From Minisyncoccota bacterium (GTDB taxonomy: Bacteria > Patescibacteriota > Minisyncoccia > Phycocordibacterales > UBA9973), in assembly GCA_035510575.1 (NCBI GenBank), contig DATKGV010000004.1, forward strand, positions 88,419 to 152,418: 64,000 nt of DNA, in the 5' to 3' direction. A program made the position numbers and the translations under genes. This document shows, piece after piece, positions 28,731-39,500 of the stretch (the stretch's first letter is position 1; each line of letters opens with the position of its first letter). The notes below the pieces were generated by a model. The model ran no database searches and was not told the DNA's origin. It was given only the letters and a program-made list of their open reading frames with translations.

Positions 28731-30461
28731 ATGGAAAATAACGAACATTTAGCGCATATTCGCCACTCTTTAGCTCACCTCTTGGGCGCATCCGTGCTTG
28801 AGCTATATCCTGGGTCTAAACTTACCCTCGGTCCTGCCATAGATAACGGCTTTTATTACGATATTGATGTTGCAGGAAAAATAACTGATGCTGATTTGGG
28901 AAAAATTGAAAAAAAGATGCATGAACTGCTGAAAAAATGGACAACTTTTGAAAAGCAAATAATTAACGAAAAGGAAGCAAAAAAAATATTTAAAGGCAAT
29001 GAATATAAAGAAGAACTTATAAATGGCATAGAAGAAAAAGGCGAAGAAATAACCTTATACACTTCCGGAGAATTTACTGATCTCTGCCGCGGCGGGCATG
29101 TGGAGAATATGAAAGAAATAAAACTGGATTCATTCAAGCTTGATCGAGTGGCTGGAGCATATTGGCGCGGAGACGAGAAAAATAAAATGTTGACTCGCAT
29201 TTACGGGCTAGCTTTCGAGACAAAAGAAGAGCTTGAAAATTATTTAAAAATGCGCGAGGAAGCGGAAAAAAGAGATCATAAAAGACTTGGGAAAGAATTA
29301 GGATTATTAATGTTCCATGAGACAGCTCCCGGCATGCCCTACTGGTTGCCAAAAGGCCTGATTATTTATAAAGAACTTGAAAATTATTGGAGAATTGAAC
29401 ATAGTAAGCTTGGATATCAAGAAATTTCTAGTCCCCTTGTAAACAAGGCCGATCTTTGGAAAATTTCCGGCCATTGGGATCATTACAAAGATGATATGTT
29501 TATCGCCGATATGGGAGAAGGTGAAGTTTATGGAATTAAACCGATGAATTGTCCTAATGCAATGATTGTTTTTAAATCAATGCAAATTAGTTATAAGGAC
29601 TTACCTCTTCGTCTTTCGGATACTGACCGTTTGCATAGATACGAACGTTCTGGAACTTTAAACGGACTTTTGCGTTGCAGATCTTTCCAGCAAGATGATT
29701 CGCATAATTATATTTCTGAAGAAATGATTGAATCCGAATACTCTTCTATTATGTCTATATGTAAGAATTTTTACGGAATTTTCGGGCTTGAATATAAGTT
29801 TCGTCTTGGCACACGCCCAGAAAATTTTATGGGTGATATTGAAACGTGGAATAAAGCGGAGGAGGCATTAAAAAGAGTTCTGAATTCCTCAAAGAAAGAA
29901 TATTCTGTAGCAGAAAAAGATGGAGCATTTTATGGACCTAAGATTGATATTATTATGAAAGATGCTCTCGGTCGCGATTGGCAAATGGGAACTATGCAGT
30001 TAGATTTTCAACAACCTAGACGTTTTGAATTGGAATATACGGATAAAGACGGCAAGAAAAAAACTCCAGTCGTTGTTCATAGGGTTATATATGGGTCGCT
30101 TGAGCGTTTTATAGGAATTTTGATAGAGCATTTTGCTGGCGCTTTCCCTGTCTGGCTATCTCCTGTTCAGGTTGCAATTTTGCCGATATCAGAACATCAG
30201 AAAGAGTATGCCGATACTATCTATAAAAAATTAAAAGATTCAGATATAAGAGTAGAATTAGACGATACGAATGAGTCTTTAGGCAAGCGCATTCGCAGCG
30301 CCAAAATGCAAAAAATTCCTTATATCGTAGTCGTTGGAGACAAGGAAAAAGATGCAGAGACAATAACAGTTGAAGGGCGAGTGGAAAAACTGGAAGGAAT
30401 TACTGTAGAAAAATTCTTGGAAAGAATTCAAAAAGAAATAAAAGAAAGAACTTTAAACTAA
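28731..30461 (+). CDS. thrS: Threonine--tRNA ligase (short form)
   Basis: Class II aaRS motifs: RDHKRLGKELGLLMFHETAPGMPYWLPKG and an anticodon-binding C-terminus. Confidence 0.9.
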   Translation: MENNEHLAHIRHSLAHLLGASVLELYPGSKLTLGPAIDNGFYYDIDVAGKITDADLGKIEKKMHELLKKWTTFEKQIINEKEAKKIFKGNEYKEELINGIEEKGEEITLYTSGEFTDLCRGGHVENMKEIKLDSFKLDRVAGAYWRGDEKNKMLTRIYGLAFETKEELENYLKMREEAEKRDHKRLGKELGLLMFHETAPGMPYWLPKGLIIYKELENYWRIEHSKLGYQEISSPLVNKADLWKISGHWDHYKDDMFIADMGEGEVYGIKPMNCPNAMIVFKSMQISYKDLPLRLSDTDRLHRYERSGTLNGLLRCRSFQQDDSHNYISEEMIESEYSSIMSICKNFYGIFGLEYKFRLGTRPENFMGDIETWNKAEEALKRVLNSSKKEYSVAEKDGAFYGPKIDIIMKDALGRDWQMGTMQLDFQQPRRFELEYTDKDGKKKTPVVVHRVIYGSLERFIGILIEHFAGAFPVWLSPVQVAILPISEHQKEYADTIYKKLKDSDIRVELDDTNESLGKRIRSAKMQKIPYIVVVGDKEKDAETITVEGRVEKLEGITVEKFLERIQKEIKERTLN

Positions 30462-30464
30462 ATT

Positions 30465-30487
30465 TCCCATAGGTCTGACCTATGGGA
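30465..30487. repeat. REP-like palindrome TCCCATAGGTCTGACCTATGGGA
   Basis: Palindrome with arms of about 11 bp and an unpaired centre base. Lies 3 nt after the thrS stop and contains the TAG stop of RAYT2. Confidence 0.85.
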
Positions 30488-31205
30488 TTTGGTCATGGTC
30501 TAAATTAATCCAATTAAAAAGATCATTTATATGAGAATTCTTTAGATATTCAGGTAAAAATTTTTTATTAATAATTTTAATTTCTTTTCTATTTTCTAAA
30601 AAATAATCATAAAAACTGGAGTAGTAGTATTTTTTTAAATATTCTTTCGCTTTATTTTTATCTTTAATTCCCTTTTGTTTCCAGTCTGATTGAATTAATT
30701 TTATAGGGTTTAGATGTATATATGAAAATAAATAATTAAAATAGTTCTCTTCTTTTACAATTTTAGATTTAAATTTTCCTTCAAATAATGATCCAGTACG
30801 ACTATATTTTTTATTAAAGTACATTGCATAAGCAGTAGATAGTTTCCTCATGAATTCAGTAATTGGATTATATTCTTCTTCCCATAGGTCAGACCTATGG
30901 GAAATAACAAATAAATGAAAATGGTTAGGCATTAACACCCAAGCTAGTATAGATACAATAGGTGTTCCTATTTCAAAATCAAAAGCTTCAATTTTGGGAT
31001 TAACTATATTTTCACGAAAAACAAGCTTTCTTTTGGAATTACAGACATAAAGCAATTTAATAAAATGATCATAATCTTCTTTGTCTAAGAAAATATCATT
31101 TTTACCATTTCCACGATTATATAAATGGTAATATTCTTTACAAACTAAATTTTCTACTCTTAATCCCATAGTTATATTATATAATAATAGATACAAATCT
31201 CCCAT
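30480..31205 (-). CDS. HUH-family Y1 transposase (RAYT / IS200-like), second copy type, with an in-frame internal palindrome
   Basis: Motifs YHLYNRG, NHFHLFV and YIHLNP. The likely true start is MGLRVENL (ATG rc 31167..31169). The annotated ATG at 31203..31205 is itself created by the upstream palindrome. Residues SHRSDLWEE are encoded by the internal palindrome at 30879..30903. Confidence 0.7.
   Translation of the reverse strand: MGDLYLLLYNITMGLRVENLVCKEYYHLYNRGNGKNDIFLDKEDYDHFIKLLYVCNSKRKLVFRENIVNPKIEAFDFEIGTPIVSILAWVLMPNHFHLFVISHRSDLWEEEYNPITEFMRKLSTAYAMYFNKKYSRTGSLFEGKFKSKIVKEENYFNYLFSYIHLNPIKLIQSDWKQKGIKDKNKAKEYLKKYYYSSFYDYFLENRKEIKIINKKFLPEYLKNSHINDLFNWINLDHDQIP
30879..30903. repeat. 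Internal copy of the RAYT2 palindrome (TTCCCATAGGTCAGACCTATGGGAA) inside the RAYT2 coding sequence
   Basis: Same arms as the flanking copies, but the centre base is inverted (GGTCAGACC versus GGTCTGACC). It is in-frame and corresponds to an extra segment relative to RAYT1, placed right after the HUH motif. Confidence 0.85.
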
Positions 31206-31225
31206 AGGTCTGACCTATGGGAGAT
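31197..31225. repeat. REP-like palindrome ATCTCCCATAGGTCTGACCTATGGGAGAT upstream of RAYT2
   Basis: Palindrome with 14-bp arms and the same core as 30465..30487. Confidence 0.85.
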
Positions 31226-31263
31226 TTAGTTAACTTATAAACCAAGAAAAATCTTAAATTAAT

Positions 31264-31584
31264 TTAAGGATTAAAAATTAATATATAACAAAGTATTATC
31301 GGAACAATAAAACTGATAATAAATGCAATTAAATCATACCTCTTACCTTTTTGTCTTGTTTTCAAAAACAAATAAAGAGAAAATATAGGTGAAACTATAA
31401 CAATAATATGGATTATTTTTATAATTTCTATAGCTTTATTAGATGATGAATCCCACTGACCCATCATAACCAAAACTGAAAATATGATTAATAAAATTTG
31501 CAAGAATGGCATACCAACTTCCCAACTACTTGATTGTCGTTTTATACTTTCAACATTTATATTTTTATTATTTTCTTGCTCCAT
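31264..31584 (-). CDS. Small 3-TM membrane protein, hypothetical
   Basis: Three hydrophobic helices. AT-rich with no recognisable motifs. Confidence 0.4.
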   Translation of the reverse strand: MEQENNKNINVESIKRQSSSWEVGMPFLQILLIIFSVLVMMGQWDSSSNKAIEIIKIIHIIVIVSPIFSLYLFLKTRQKGKRYDLIAFIISFIVPIILCYILIFNP

Positions 31585-31606
31585 AAATATTTATATAGTA
31601 ACTAAT

Positions 31607-33733
31607 TTATATATCCAATTTTGCCATCTTGGCGTGAGATTGAATGAATGCTTTGCGAGGTGGTACTTCTGACCCCATAAGCATATCAAATATCTTACTG
31701 GCCTCTTCAGCATCGTTTATGGCAACCTGCTTTAGAATGCGCTTACTTGGATCCATAGTCGTTTCCCAGAGCTCTTCGGCATTCATTTCTCCGAGACCTT
31801 TGTATCGTTGGACGTGAATTTTAACAGTTTTCTTTCCTTTCTCCTCTCCTGTTTGGGCAGGAAGGTTTTCTTCAACTTCAACTTCCGCAACTTGCTCGCT
31901 ATCATTAGCCGACTCTTGAAGCAATTGCTCGATTGAAGGCGCATCCTTGCCAAGCAGTCGGTCACGCTCTTCATCGCTATACGCATACATAATCTCTTTG
32001 CCTTTTTTAATTTTGAAAAGTGGCGGCTGGGCAATATAAATATATCCAGCATCAAGCAGCGGCCTGAAATAACGATACATGAGAGTAAGAATTAAAGTCG
32101 TAATATGCGCGCCGTCCACGTCGGCATCGGTCGCGATAATTATTTTGTGATAGCGCATTTTTTCAAGATCAAAAGTATCGCCTATGGATGTGCCCATGGC
32201 AATAACCAAATTTTTTATTTGTTCTGACGAAAGCATCCGATCAAGACGAGCCCGTTCAACATTCAGAATTTTCCCGCGAAGCGGAAGTATGGCTTGGGTT
32301 TTCCTATCGCGGCCCATTTTGGCCGTGCCGCCTGCCGAGTCCCCTTCCACGATAAATAATTCTGCGCTTGCCGCATCTTTGACTTGACAATCGGCAAGCT
32401 TGCCGGGCAGCGTCATGCCTTCAAGAGCGCCTTTGCGCAAAACTGAGTCCTTGGCAGCTTTGGCGGCTTTGCGGGCGCGAAGAGCCAGTATGGATTTATT
32501 TATGATTGCCTTGGCCTCATCAGGATTTTCTTCAAGGAATAAAGCAAATGCGTCTCCAAAAACCGTAGCCACGGCGCCTTGAGCTTCAGTGGAGCCGAGC
32601 TTGCCTTTTGTCTGTCCCTCAAACTGAATTTCGCGAAGTTTGACTGACACGACAGCCATCAGGCCTTCCAAAACATCATCTCCCGTAAATCCTCCATCGG
32701 CTTCTTTGACCATATTATTCTTTTTGGCGTATGTATTTAAAATTCTGGTAAGAGCCGTCTTAAAGCCGGTAACATGAGTGCCTCCTTCCTGGTTATAAAT
32801 ATTATTGGCAAACGGCACGATAGTCGCGCTTATGTCATCCACATATTGGAGAGCAACTTCCACTCCCACTCCGTCCTGCTCGCGTTCAACATAAAATACG
32901 CTCTTGTGTATCGGCTTCTGCAATTTATTGTAAAATTTGACTAAAGAAACCAATCCTCCTTCAAAATAAAAAGTTGTTGATGGAACTTCAAGCTCAAGTT
33001 CCCTAAACCAAAATATGTCATTGAAATTTTTCTTCTCTTTGCTGCCTGTAAGCGGATCCCACTCGCGGGCGTCAATTATGTCTATGCGAAGACCTTTCAC
33101 AAGATACGCCTGCTGGCGCAGATGATTGATTATCGTATTCCAATCAAATCTTATCTGCTTGAAAATCTCCTGGTCGGGTTCAAAAGAAATAATAGTGCCA
33201 TGCTCTTTGGAAGAACCGACTTTTTTAACTGCGGCTTTTCTTTTGCCTTGGGAATATTCCTGAACATATTTCCCTCCATTGAGATGAACTTCGGCCTTAG
33301 TGTAAATGGAAAGAGCATTGACTACGGACGCTCCTACGCCGTGCAAGCCGCCGGAAATTTTATAGCCGCTTTTCTCTCCACCAAATTTGCCTCCGGCATG
33401 CAAAGTCGTCATGACTGTTTCAAGAGCTGAGACCTTGGTTTTGGAATGTATGTCAACCGGTATGCCGCGCCCATTATCAGCTACTCTGACAGAATTGCCA
33501 GGCAATAATACAACTTCAATGCGATCACAAAACCCTCCCATGGCTTCATCGCGTGAGTTGTCAAAAATTTCCCAAACTAAGTGATGCAAGCCCTCAATGC
33601 CGGTTGAACCAATGTACATTCCCGGGCGGCGACGAACTGGCTCAAGGCCCTCAAGAACTAAAATTTCATCAGCTCCATATTTGACTGTTTTTTTTCCGCC
33701 GGCTAGCTGATTTTTTTCTTCTTTGTTTACCAT
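31607..33733 (-). CDS. gyrB: DNA gyrase subunit B
   Basis: Motifs GLEPVRRRPGMYIGST, the GHKL ATPase block and the TOPRIM block. Confidence 0.9.
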   Translation of the reverse strand: MVNKEEKNQLAGGKKTVKYGADEILVLEGLEPVRRRPGMYIGSTGIEGLHHLVWEIFDNSRDEAMGGFCDRIEVVLLPGNSVRVADNGRGIPVDIHSKTKVSALETVMTTLHAGGKFGGEKSGYKISGGLHGVGASVVNALSIYTKAEVHLNGGKYVQEYSQGKRKAAVKKVGSSKEHGTIISFEPDQEIFKQIRFDWNTIINHLRQQAYLVKGLRIDIIDAREWDPLTGSKEKKNFNDIFWFRELELEVPSTTFYFEGGLVSLVKFYNKLQKPIHKSVFYVEREQDGVGVEVALQYVDDISATIVPFANNIYNQEGGTHVTGFKTALTRILNTYAKKNNMVKEADGGFTGDDVLEGLMAVVSVKLREIQFEGQTKGKLGSTEAQGAVATVFGDAFALFLEENPDEAKAIINKSILALRARKAAKAAKDSVLRKGALEGMTLPGKLADCQVKDAASAELFIVEGDSAGGTAKMGRDRKTQAILPLRGKILNVERARLDRMLSSEQIKNLVIAMGTSIGDTFDLEKMRYHKIIIATDADVDGAHITTLILTLMYRYFRPLLDAGYIYIAQPPLFKIKKGKEIMYAYSDEERDRLLGKDAPSIEQLLQESANDSEQVAEVEVEENLPAQTGEEKGKKTVKIHVQRYKGLGEMNAEELWETTMDPSKRILKQVAINDAEEASKIFDMLMGSEVPPRKAFIQSHAKMAKLDI

Positions 33734-33826
33734 AAAATAATAGAAATGCCTTCTTAATAAGGCCTTTTTCTATGTGTATTATACCAAAATTAACTATAAA
33801 ATGCCAGCATATTTATAAACAATCAC

Positions 33827-35719
33827 TCATCTTATCTGCCAGCCGAGAGACTCTATTTTTTCGCTTATATTTGCCATTATGGCATTAACTTCATTATCAG
33901 TCAGAGTTCGATCAAAGGACTGAAAAACAAGATGAAATGCGTATGATGTTTTGCCTCCTTTGGTGAACTGGTCAAAAAGTTTTGGTTCATTAGCAAGCAA
34001 ATCCGTGCCAAATTCATGATAAATACTTTTTAATTTGTCAGAATTAATTCCTTCCGGCACCCAGACAGCTATGTCGCGGGCAATGAATGGATACAAACTC
34101 CATGGTTTGAAAATTTTAACTTCATCAGAATTTAAATTTTCAGGTCCTCGGATCTCCTCACTGATACTTTGTTTTTTAAAAGAATCAGCTCGGCCAGACC
34201 GTGAAAATTCAAATTCTGATTTCGTTTTTGATGAAGTAAATTTATCCAATGTCATTTCTTTAATTTCTTTTTTGTCAGCATAGGCAACATGAATTTCTTC
34301 CCCGCCCGCATCGCCTTGCGAAGCATGGCGGGCAGGCCTATTTTTAGCAAATATTGTTCCAATTTCAAAAATTTTTATTTCAGAAAGTCCAAGAAGGGGC
34401 ATATTCAATTTATTGAATTCATAGGATTTTTTTATTCCATCAGAAAGATTTGTACGTAGGAATTTCTTATCGCTTGCGCTCGCCAGCACTTCTATGTCGC
34501 CCTTATCGGCAAACGCGTAAGTCATGACCTCTCTATATCCTAAAGAAACAAGGTTTCTTTTAATATGAGATATTTTGATATATGTTTCATTTTCTTTTGG
34601 AATAAAATCAATTTTAGGAATTGATGGCTTAATCTTATCGTATCCAACAATACGTCCGATTTCTTCTACCATGTCTTCAGGAATATTTAAATCTAAGCGA
34701 AGCGAAGGTACTTTTATTTCCCACATATCAGACATGCGGGAAAAATCATAAGAATAATTTTTTAATATTGTTTCTATCTCTCCATTTTTTATATTGCTTC
34801 CAAGTTTTTTATTTATTATCTCTGTTTTAAAAGATAGCTTTTTTTCTATTTGTTTGTGCGGATACATATCTACAATATCTTCAAATTGCGCATCTGGCAA
34901 AAATTCCAAAAGCAGCGCTGAAAGTTCAAGCATGGCAAGATCGCCAAGTGTTGGAGACAGATCGTTCTCAAATCGCTTGGCTGAATCGCTTAAAAGTTCA
35001 AGCCGGCGAGCGGTCTTTCTGACTGCTGCCGGATCAAAGTTGGCAACTTCAAGAACAATTTCTGTCGTGGTATCGCTAATACCGGAATCAGCACCGCCTT
35101 TTACTCCGGCAAGCGCAAGCGATTTCACGCCATCACTAATAACAACATCTGTATCTATAAGCTTAGCTACAATACTATCTCGGCCGACAACAGGCAATTT
35201 TTCGCCATTTTTAGCTTTTGTAATAACGATTTTTTCACCAGAGAGTTTCTTCAAGTCAAAAGCATGGCACGGCTGGCCGCAATCATACATGACAATATTC
35301 GTAGCATCAACTACATTATTAATGCTCCTCTGGCCTATTGATTCCAAATAATTAACTACCCATTCCGGAGAAGGGCCAATTTTAATATTGCGAATGATTC
35401 TTCCCATATAACGGCGGCATTTGTCTGACTGAATGTCTATTTTTAAATTAGTTTCTTTAGATACCTGGGCTTTATACATTGGTTTTGGATCCTTAAATGG
35501 AATTCCAAGCAACCCTGATAACTCAATAGATATGCCTTGGTGGGAAAGCAGGTCATGGGTGCGGTTTGGCAGAATGCCAAGATCAAATATGAAATCGCCG
35601 CCAGGCAGCTTCTCAAAATTTTCAACTTCACAAAGGTGATATGTAAAAATATCCGCCAAACGATGCGGTTCCGGAATATCTGGTATATATGATTTGAGCC
35701 ATTTGTAAGATACTTTCAT
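33827..35719 (-). CDS. pheT: Phenylalanine--tRNA ligase beta subunit (short)
   Basis: B3/4 and B5 domain blocks (MKVSYKWLKSYIPD...). Immediately downstream of pheS. Confidence 0.85.
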   Translation of the reverse strand: MKVSYKWLKSYIPDIPEPHRLADIFTYHLCEVENFEKLPGGDFIFDLGILPNRTHDLLSHQGISIELSGLLGIPFKDPKPMYKAQVSKETNLKIDIQSDKCRRYMGRIIRNIKIGPSPEWVVNYLESIGQRSINNVVDATNIVMYDCGQPCHAFDLKKLSGEKIVITKAKNGEKLPVVGRDSIVAKLIDTDVVISDGVKSLALAGVKGGADSGISDTTTEIVLEVANFDPAAVRKTARRLELLSDSAKRFENDLSPTLGDLAMLELSALLLEFLPDAQFEDIVDMYPHKQIEKKLSFKTEIINKKLGSNIKNGEIETILKNYSYDFSRMSDMWEIKVPSLRLDLNIPEDMVEEIGRIVGYDKIKPSIPKIDFIPKENETYIKISHIKRNLVSLGYREVMTYAFADKGDIEVLASASDKKFLRTNLSDGIKKSYEFNKLNMPLLGLSEIKIFEIGTIFAKNRPARHASQGDAGGEEIHVAYADKKEIKEMTLDKFTSSKTKSEFEFSRSGRADSFKKQSISEEIRGPENLNSDEVKIFKPWSLYPFIARDIAVWVPEGINSDKLKSIYHEFGTDLLANEPKLFDQFTKGGKTSYAFHLVFQSFDRTLTDNEVNAIMANISEKIESLGWQIR

Positions 35720-35724
35720 AATTA

Positions 35725-36498
35725 TTAAAATTGATTCAAACGAAGATCTCCTTGATAAAAAATTCTGACATCGGGAATATTCCAGCGAATCATCGCTATG
35801 CGGTCAAGGCCTCCGCCAAAAGCGAAACCTTGAACTTTTCCCGGATCAAGACCCGCATTGCGAAGAACATTCGGATGAATCATTCCTCCTCCCATCATTT
35901 CAAGCCATCTGCCATTAAATTTGGCATGAACTTCAACGGACGGTTCGGTAAACGGGAAAAAGCTCGGTCTGAATTCTATTTCCACATCTTCTCCGAGAAC
36001 TTTTTTATAAAATTCAATAAGTATGCCTTTTAAGTTGGCAAGATTAATATCTTTTCCAATCATTACGCCGTCAACTTGATAGAACTGCATTTCATGGGTA
36101 ATATCGGTCGCTTCATTGCGGAATACTTTTCCGACAGAAATAAAAGCTCCTGTATCTTTGCCTTCCTTTGCCAATCTTTCAAGCATGCGTATAGAAACGC
36201 TTGTGGTGTGAGTGCGAAGCACCAAATTAGAAGCAGAAAAAGAAGTTTTTTCGCGGTCTGGTGAACCAACCCGAGGACCCGAAAAAACTTCTTTTTCTGC
36301 TGGAGATTTAATCCAAAAAGTATCCTGCATATCGCGGGCAGGATGATCTTTGGACACATTTAAAGCATCAAAGTTATACCATTCTGTTTCAAGCTCAGGA
36401 CCCATGGCAATTTCAAATCCAAGTTTTGAGAATACAGAATATGTTTCTTCTTGAAGCAAAGTTAACGGATGCAAACTTCCCTTTGGTATATCTTCCAT
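35725..36498 (-). CDS. pheS: Phenylalanine--tRNA ligase alpha subunit (short, lacks N-terminal extension)
   Basis: Class II motifs FRPSFFPFTEPSVEV and GFAFGGGLDRIAM. Confidence 0.9.
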   Translation of the reverse strand: MEDIPKGSLHPLTLLQEETYSVFSKLGFEIAMGPELETEWYNFDALNVSKDHPARDMQDTFWIKSPAEKEVFSGPRVGSPDREKTSFSASNLVLRTHTTSVSIRMLERLAKEGKDTGAFISVGKVFRNEATDITHEMQFYQVDGVMIGKDINLANLKGILIEFYKKVLGEDVEIEFRPSFFPFTEPSVEVHAKFNGRWLEMMGGGMIHPNVLRNAGLDPGKVQGFAFGGGLDRIAMIRWNIPDVRIFYQGDLRLNQF

Positions 36499-36529
36499 AA
36501 TTAAAATAATAGCATTTTAAGGCCTTTTT

Positions 36530-39500
36530 TCAATATAATATTAATTCGGCAATCATATCCCTTAAATGACAAAATTCGCACTCCTTGTCATCGCAGCGCT
36601 TATCCCAGAATGAAAGCGAGAGTATTTCATCGGCCACGCGATATATGACCAGCTTCAATTCTTCGACATCCTTATCATTTATTTCAAAAACTTCTTTATG
36701 GTATTTGCCGTTATCTCCCGGTTCAATGAAATCTATCGTTCCGGATTTCATATCATACTTGCCATCGCCGTAATTGTTCAGAAGCAATCTGTAAAAAACA
36801 AGCTGGCGATGATAATCGCCGTTCGCATTCTTGGTTTTGCCCAGAAGTTCATTGCGAGTTTTCGGTTTTCCGGTCTTATAATCGACGACATTGACGGCAT
36901 TGCCGCCGATAAATTCAACCTTATCCAATACGCCGGTTAAGCGGATTTCCGGCGATAATATTACGCCATTGATGCGGAATTCGCTTTCCGTATTTCTCTC
37001 CCATAAGCCATTGTAAGCGTCATACCAGCCGGAAAGAGAATGACTGCCCTTTTCCAAAAGTTCTTTATATTCGGTTTCAGCTATCGGCTGCCTGCCAAGA
37101 GCCATAATAAAGTTTTTAATTAAAAATTCTTTGCCTATATCCTCTTCTTTCCACATGCTGAAGAATTCTTGCAGCGCCGCATGAATGGCAGTTCCATAGG
37201 ACAAATATTTTTCCGGAGCGGTCGGGATGCGGATTAAATTGCGATAAAAATATTTCCATGGGCAAGACAGATAATTATTCAGCGCCGAGACCGAAAGGCC
37301 GTTTTTTAAGAATAAATCACGGACAAAATCTTTATCTTTCAAATTATGAGCTTCATGCATTTCAGGCATAAATAATATTTCTTTTTTTAGAAGAGCTTCC
37401 GATTCATAAGGAGCGGTGTCTATTTCAGCCACTAAATTATTATCAATTTCCAAGATAAACGGGCTTGGCAACTGTTCACGCCCGTCATCGCTTTCTTTGG
37501 CATAGGAAATGCCGACCCACTTTTTAGCTCGAGTAATCGCAACATATAAAAGACGGCGATCATCGTCCTCGCTTGAACCAGCCGCATCAGGCAGTCCAGA
37601 ACCCAGATCATAAACGCGCTCTAACATAGGCAAGCGATCAATGTCGCGGCGACCGCCAAGATGGCCGGAATAGCAATTGACTACATAAACATATTCAAAT
37701 TCCAGCCCTTTTGACTTGTGAATCGTCATCAAGCGTATTCTGCCGGACGGTATGCGAGAACGGTTCTTTTTGATAAATAAATTATGCTTGGCTATGGTAT
37801 CAAGATAAGAGAAAAAATCTTCAAGTTCGGCTTTCGGATTCGACTCAATCAATAATTTAATTTCGTCGATAATGCTATTGATAGCGTCAAGGCGGTCCTC
37901 CCTGCCAGACGAGGACAGTATATCCTCCAGCATTCCAGTATCGCGCAAAACTTCAGGTATGAATGCGAGCAGTTCCATATTATGGCTTTTGCTGACAAGA
38001 TTGGAAAATAATTCGCAGAAATTTAAGAATTGCTTAACTGATTTGACACCGGCATCATTGAGCAATTTCTTGTCAGATATTATTTCCCACAAGCCGATGC
38101 GCTTGTCGCTGCCATGAGCATGCATATTATCCGCTTTGCGTATAACTCTATAGACATCAAGCGGCGGAAGCTTGAATATATTCAAATGCAATACATAGGC
38201 AAGCGCTGCGCCGCGCTCATGCTCGCGAAGCGAACGGAGAATGAGAAGCAGTTTTTTTACGTCAGGATCCGAGAACAAATCAAGGTCGGATTCAATAACG
38301 TAAGGCACGCCGAACTTTTCCGCCAAAGATGCGAATAAAAATGCGTCCTTATTATTGCGGTATAATATGGCGATTTCGCTCGGTTTTACGCCATTATCTA
38401 TGCGTTCCTTGATATTCTTAATCACAAAATAAGTTTCGGCAAAAGCGGTTTGAAACGGATATAAATGCACAAGCGAGGAATCTTTATTTTTATCTGAAAC
38501 GGAAAAAAGCTTGGCGCCGCCCGAATTTATAAGGCCGCCTGAAGCATCAAGAATATTCTGAGTCGATCTGTAATTATCGGTCAAAGTAATAAGCTTGGCA
38601 TCGGGATAAAGCGCGCGGAAATAATAAAAGTTTTCAAGCGATGCGCCTTGAAATCGGAATATGGCCTGCTTGTCATCGCCGACGATGAAAAGATTCGGAT
38701 TAGGCGCATGATATTTGGCCAAGAGCTCTAATATCTTATTTTGAGCATTATTCGTATCCTGATGCTCATCAACAAGAAAATACTGATATCTTTCCTGAAG
38801 AATAAGAAGCAGAGATTCATCGGATTTTAAAGCTTTCAATACTTCCATTATCATATCGGAGTAATCATAAATCTTATTATTTGAAAGCTTATCCTGATAG
38901 GACTTATACAGTATGGACAGCTCGCGATTTTTCTTTATTTTCTTTTCAATTTTCTGATAATCGCCTTTCATCTTGCCGCTATACGGCCCTTTGACATGGA
39001 ATTTATCCGGCAATATTTCAAAAGCTGCTTGTTCTCTGTTGACAAGATCAATGAATGAATTTTCGTCCACGCCCTCGCGCTTAAGCTCATTAATGGATGA
39101 CAAGATATCGCGGACATAAAAATATCTGTCACCGAAAGGCGACAATAAGGATAATGAGCTGTTTGCCATATGTTCGTCGATTAATTTTTCAATTAGAGCT
39201 ATTTGATCAACTTCAGTCGACGGCTTTGAACCTATAATCCTCGGAAAGTGCTCGGGATTTTCACTGATAATATTTTGGCAAAAGGAATGGAATGTGGCGA
39301 TGCTAACCTGATAGGCGCGCGAACCGATAAGCTCTGATAATCTTTTGCGCATGGCCTGCACGCCGGCATCGGTAAAAGTGAGGGCTAAAATATTTTCCGG
39401 GCTCGCATCCGTTTTTTTTAAGATATTCCCTATGCGAAGCGTAAGTATCTGGGTTTTGCCAGTACCCGGCCCCGCCACCACCATCACTGGGCCTTCTATC

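Noticed and set aside
31203-31205. Annotated ATG start of RAYT2
   Set aside because: This ATG is formed by the palindrome itself (CCCATGGG). The conserved N-terminal block begins at the downstream Met (31167..31169), so the true start is probably there.
33734-33826. Hairpin GCCTT-CTTAAT-AAGGC plus T-run between gyrB and pheT
   Set aside because: The T-run is on the plus strand where no gene ends, and the stem is only 5 bp. At best it is a weak terminator for pheT, so it is not called.
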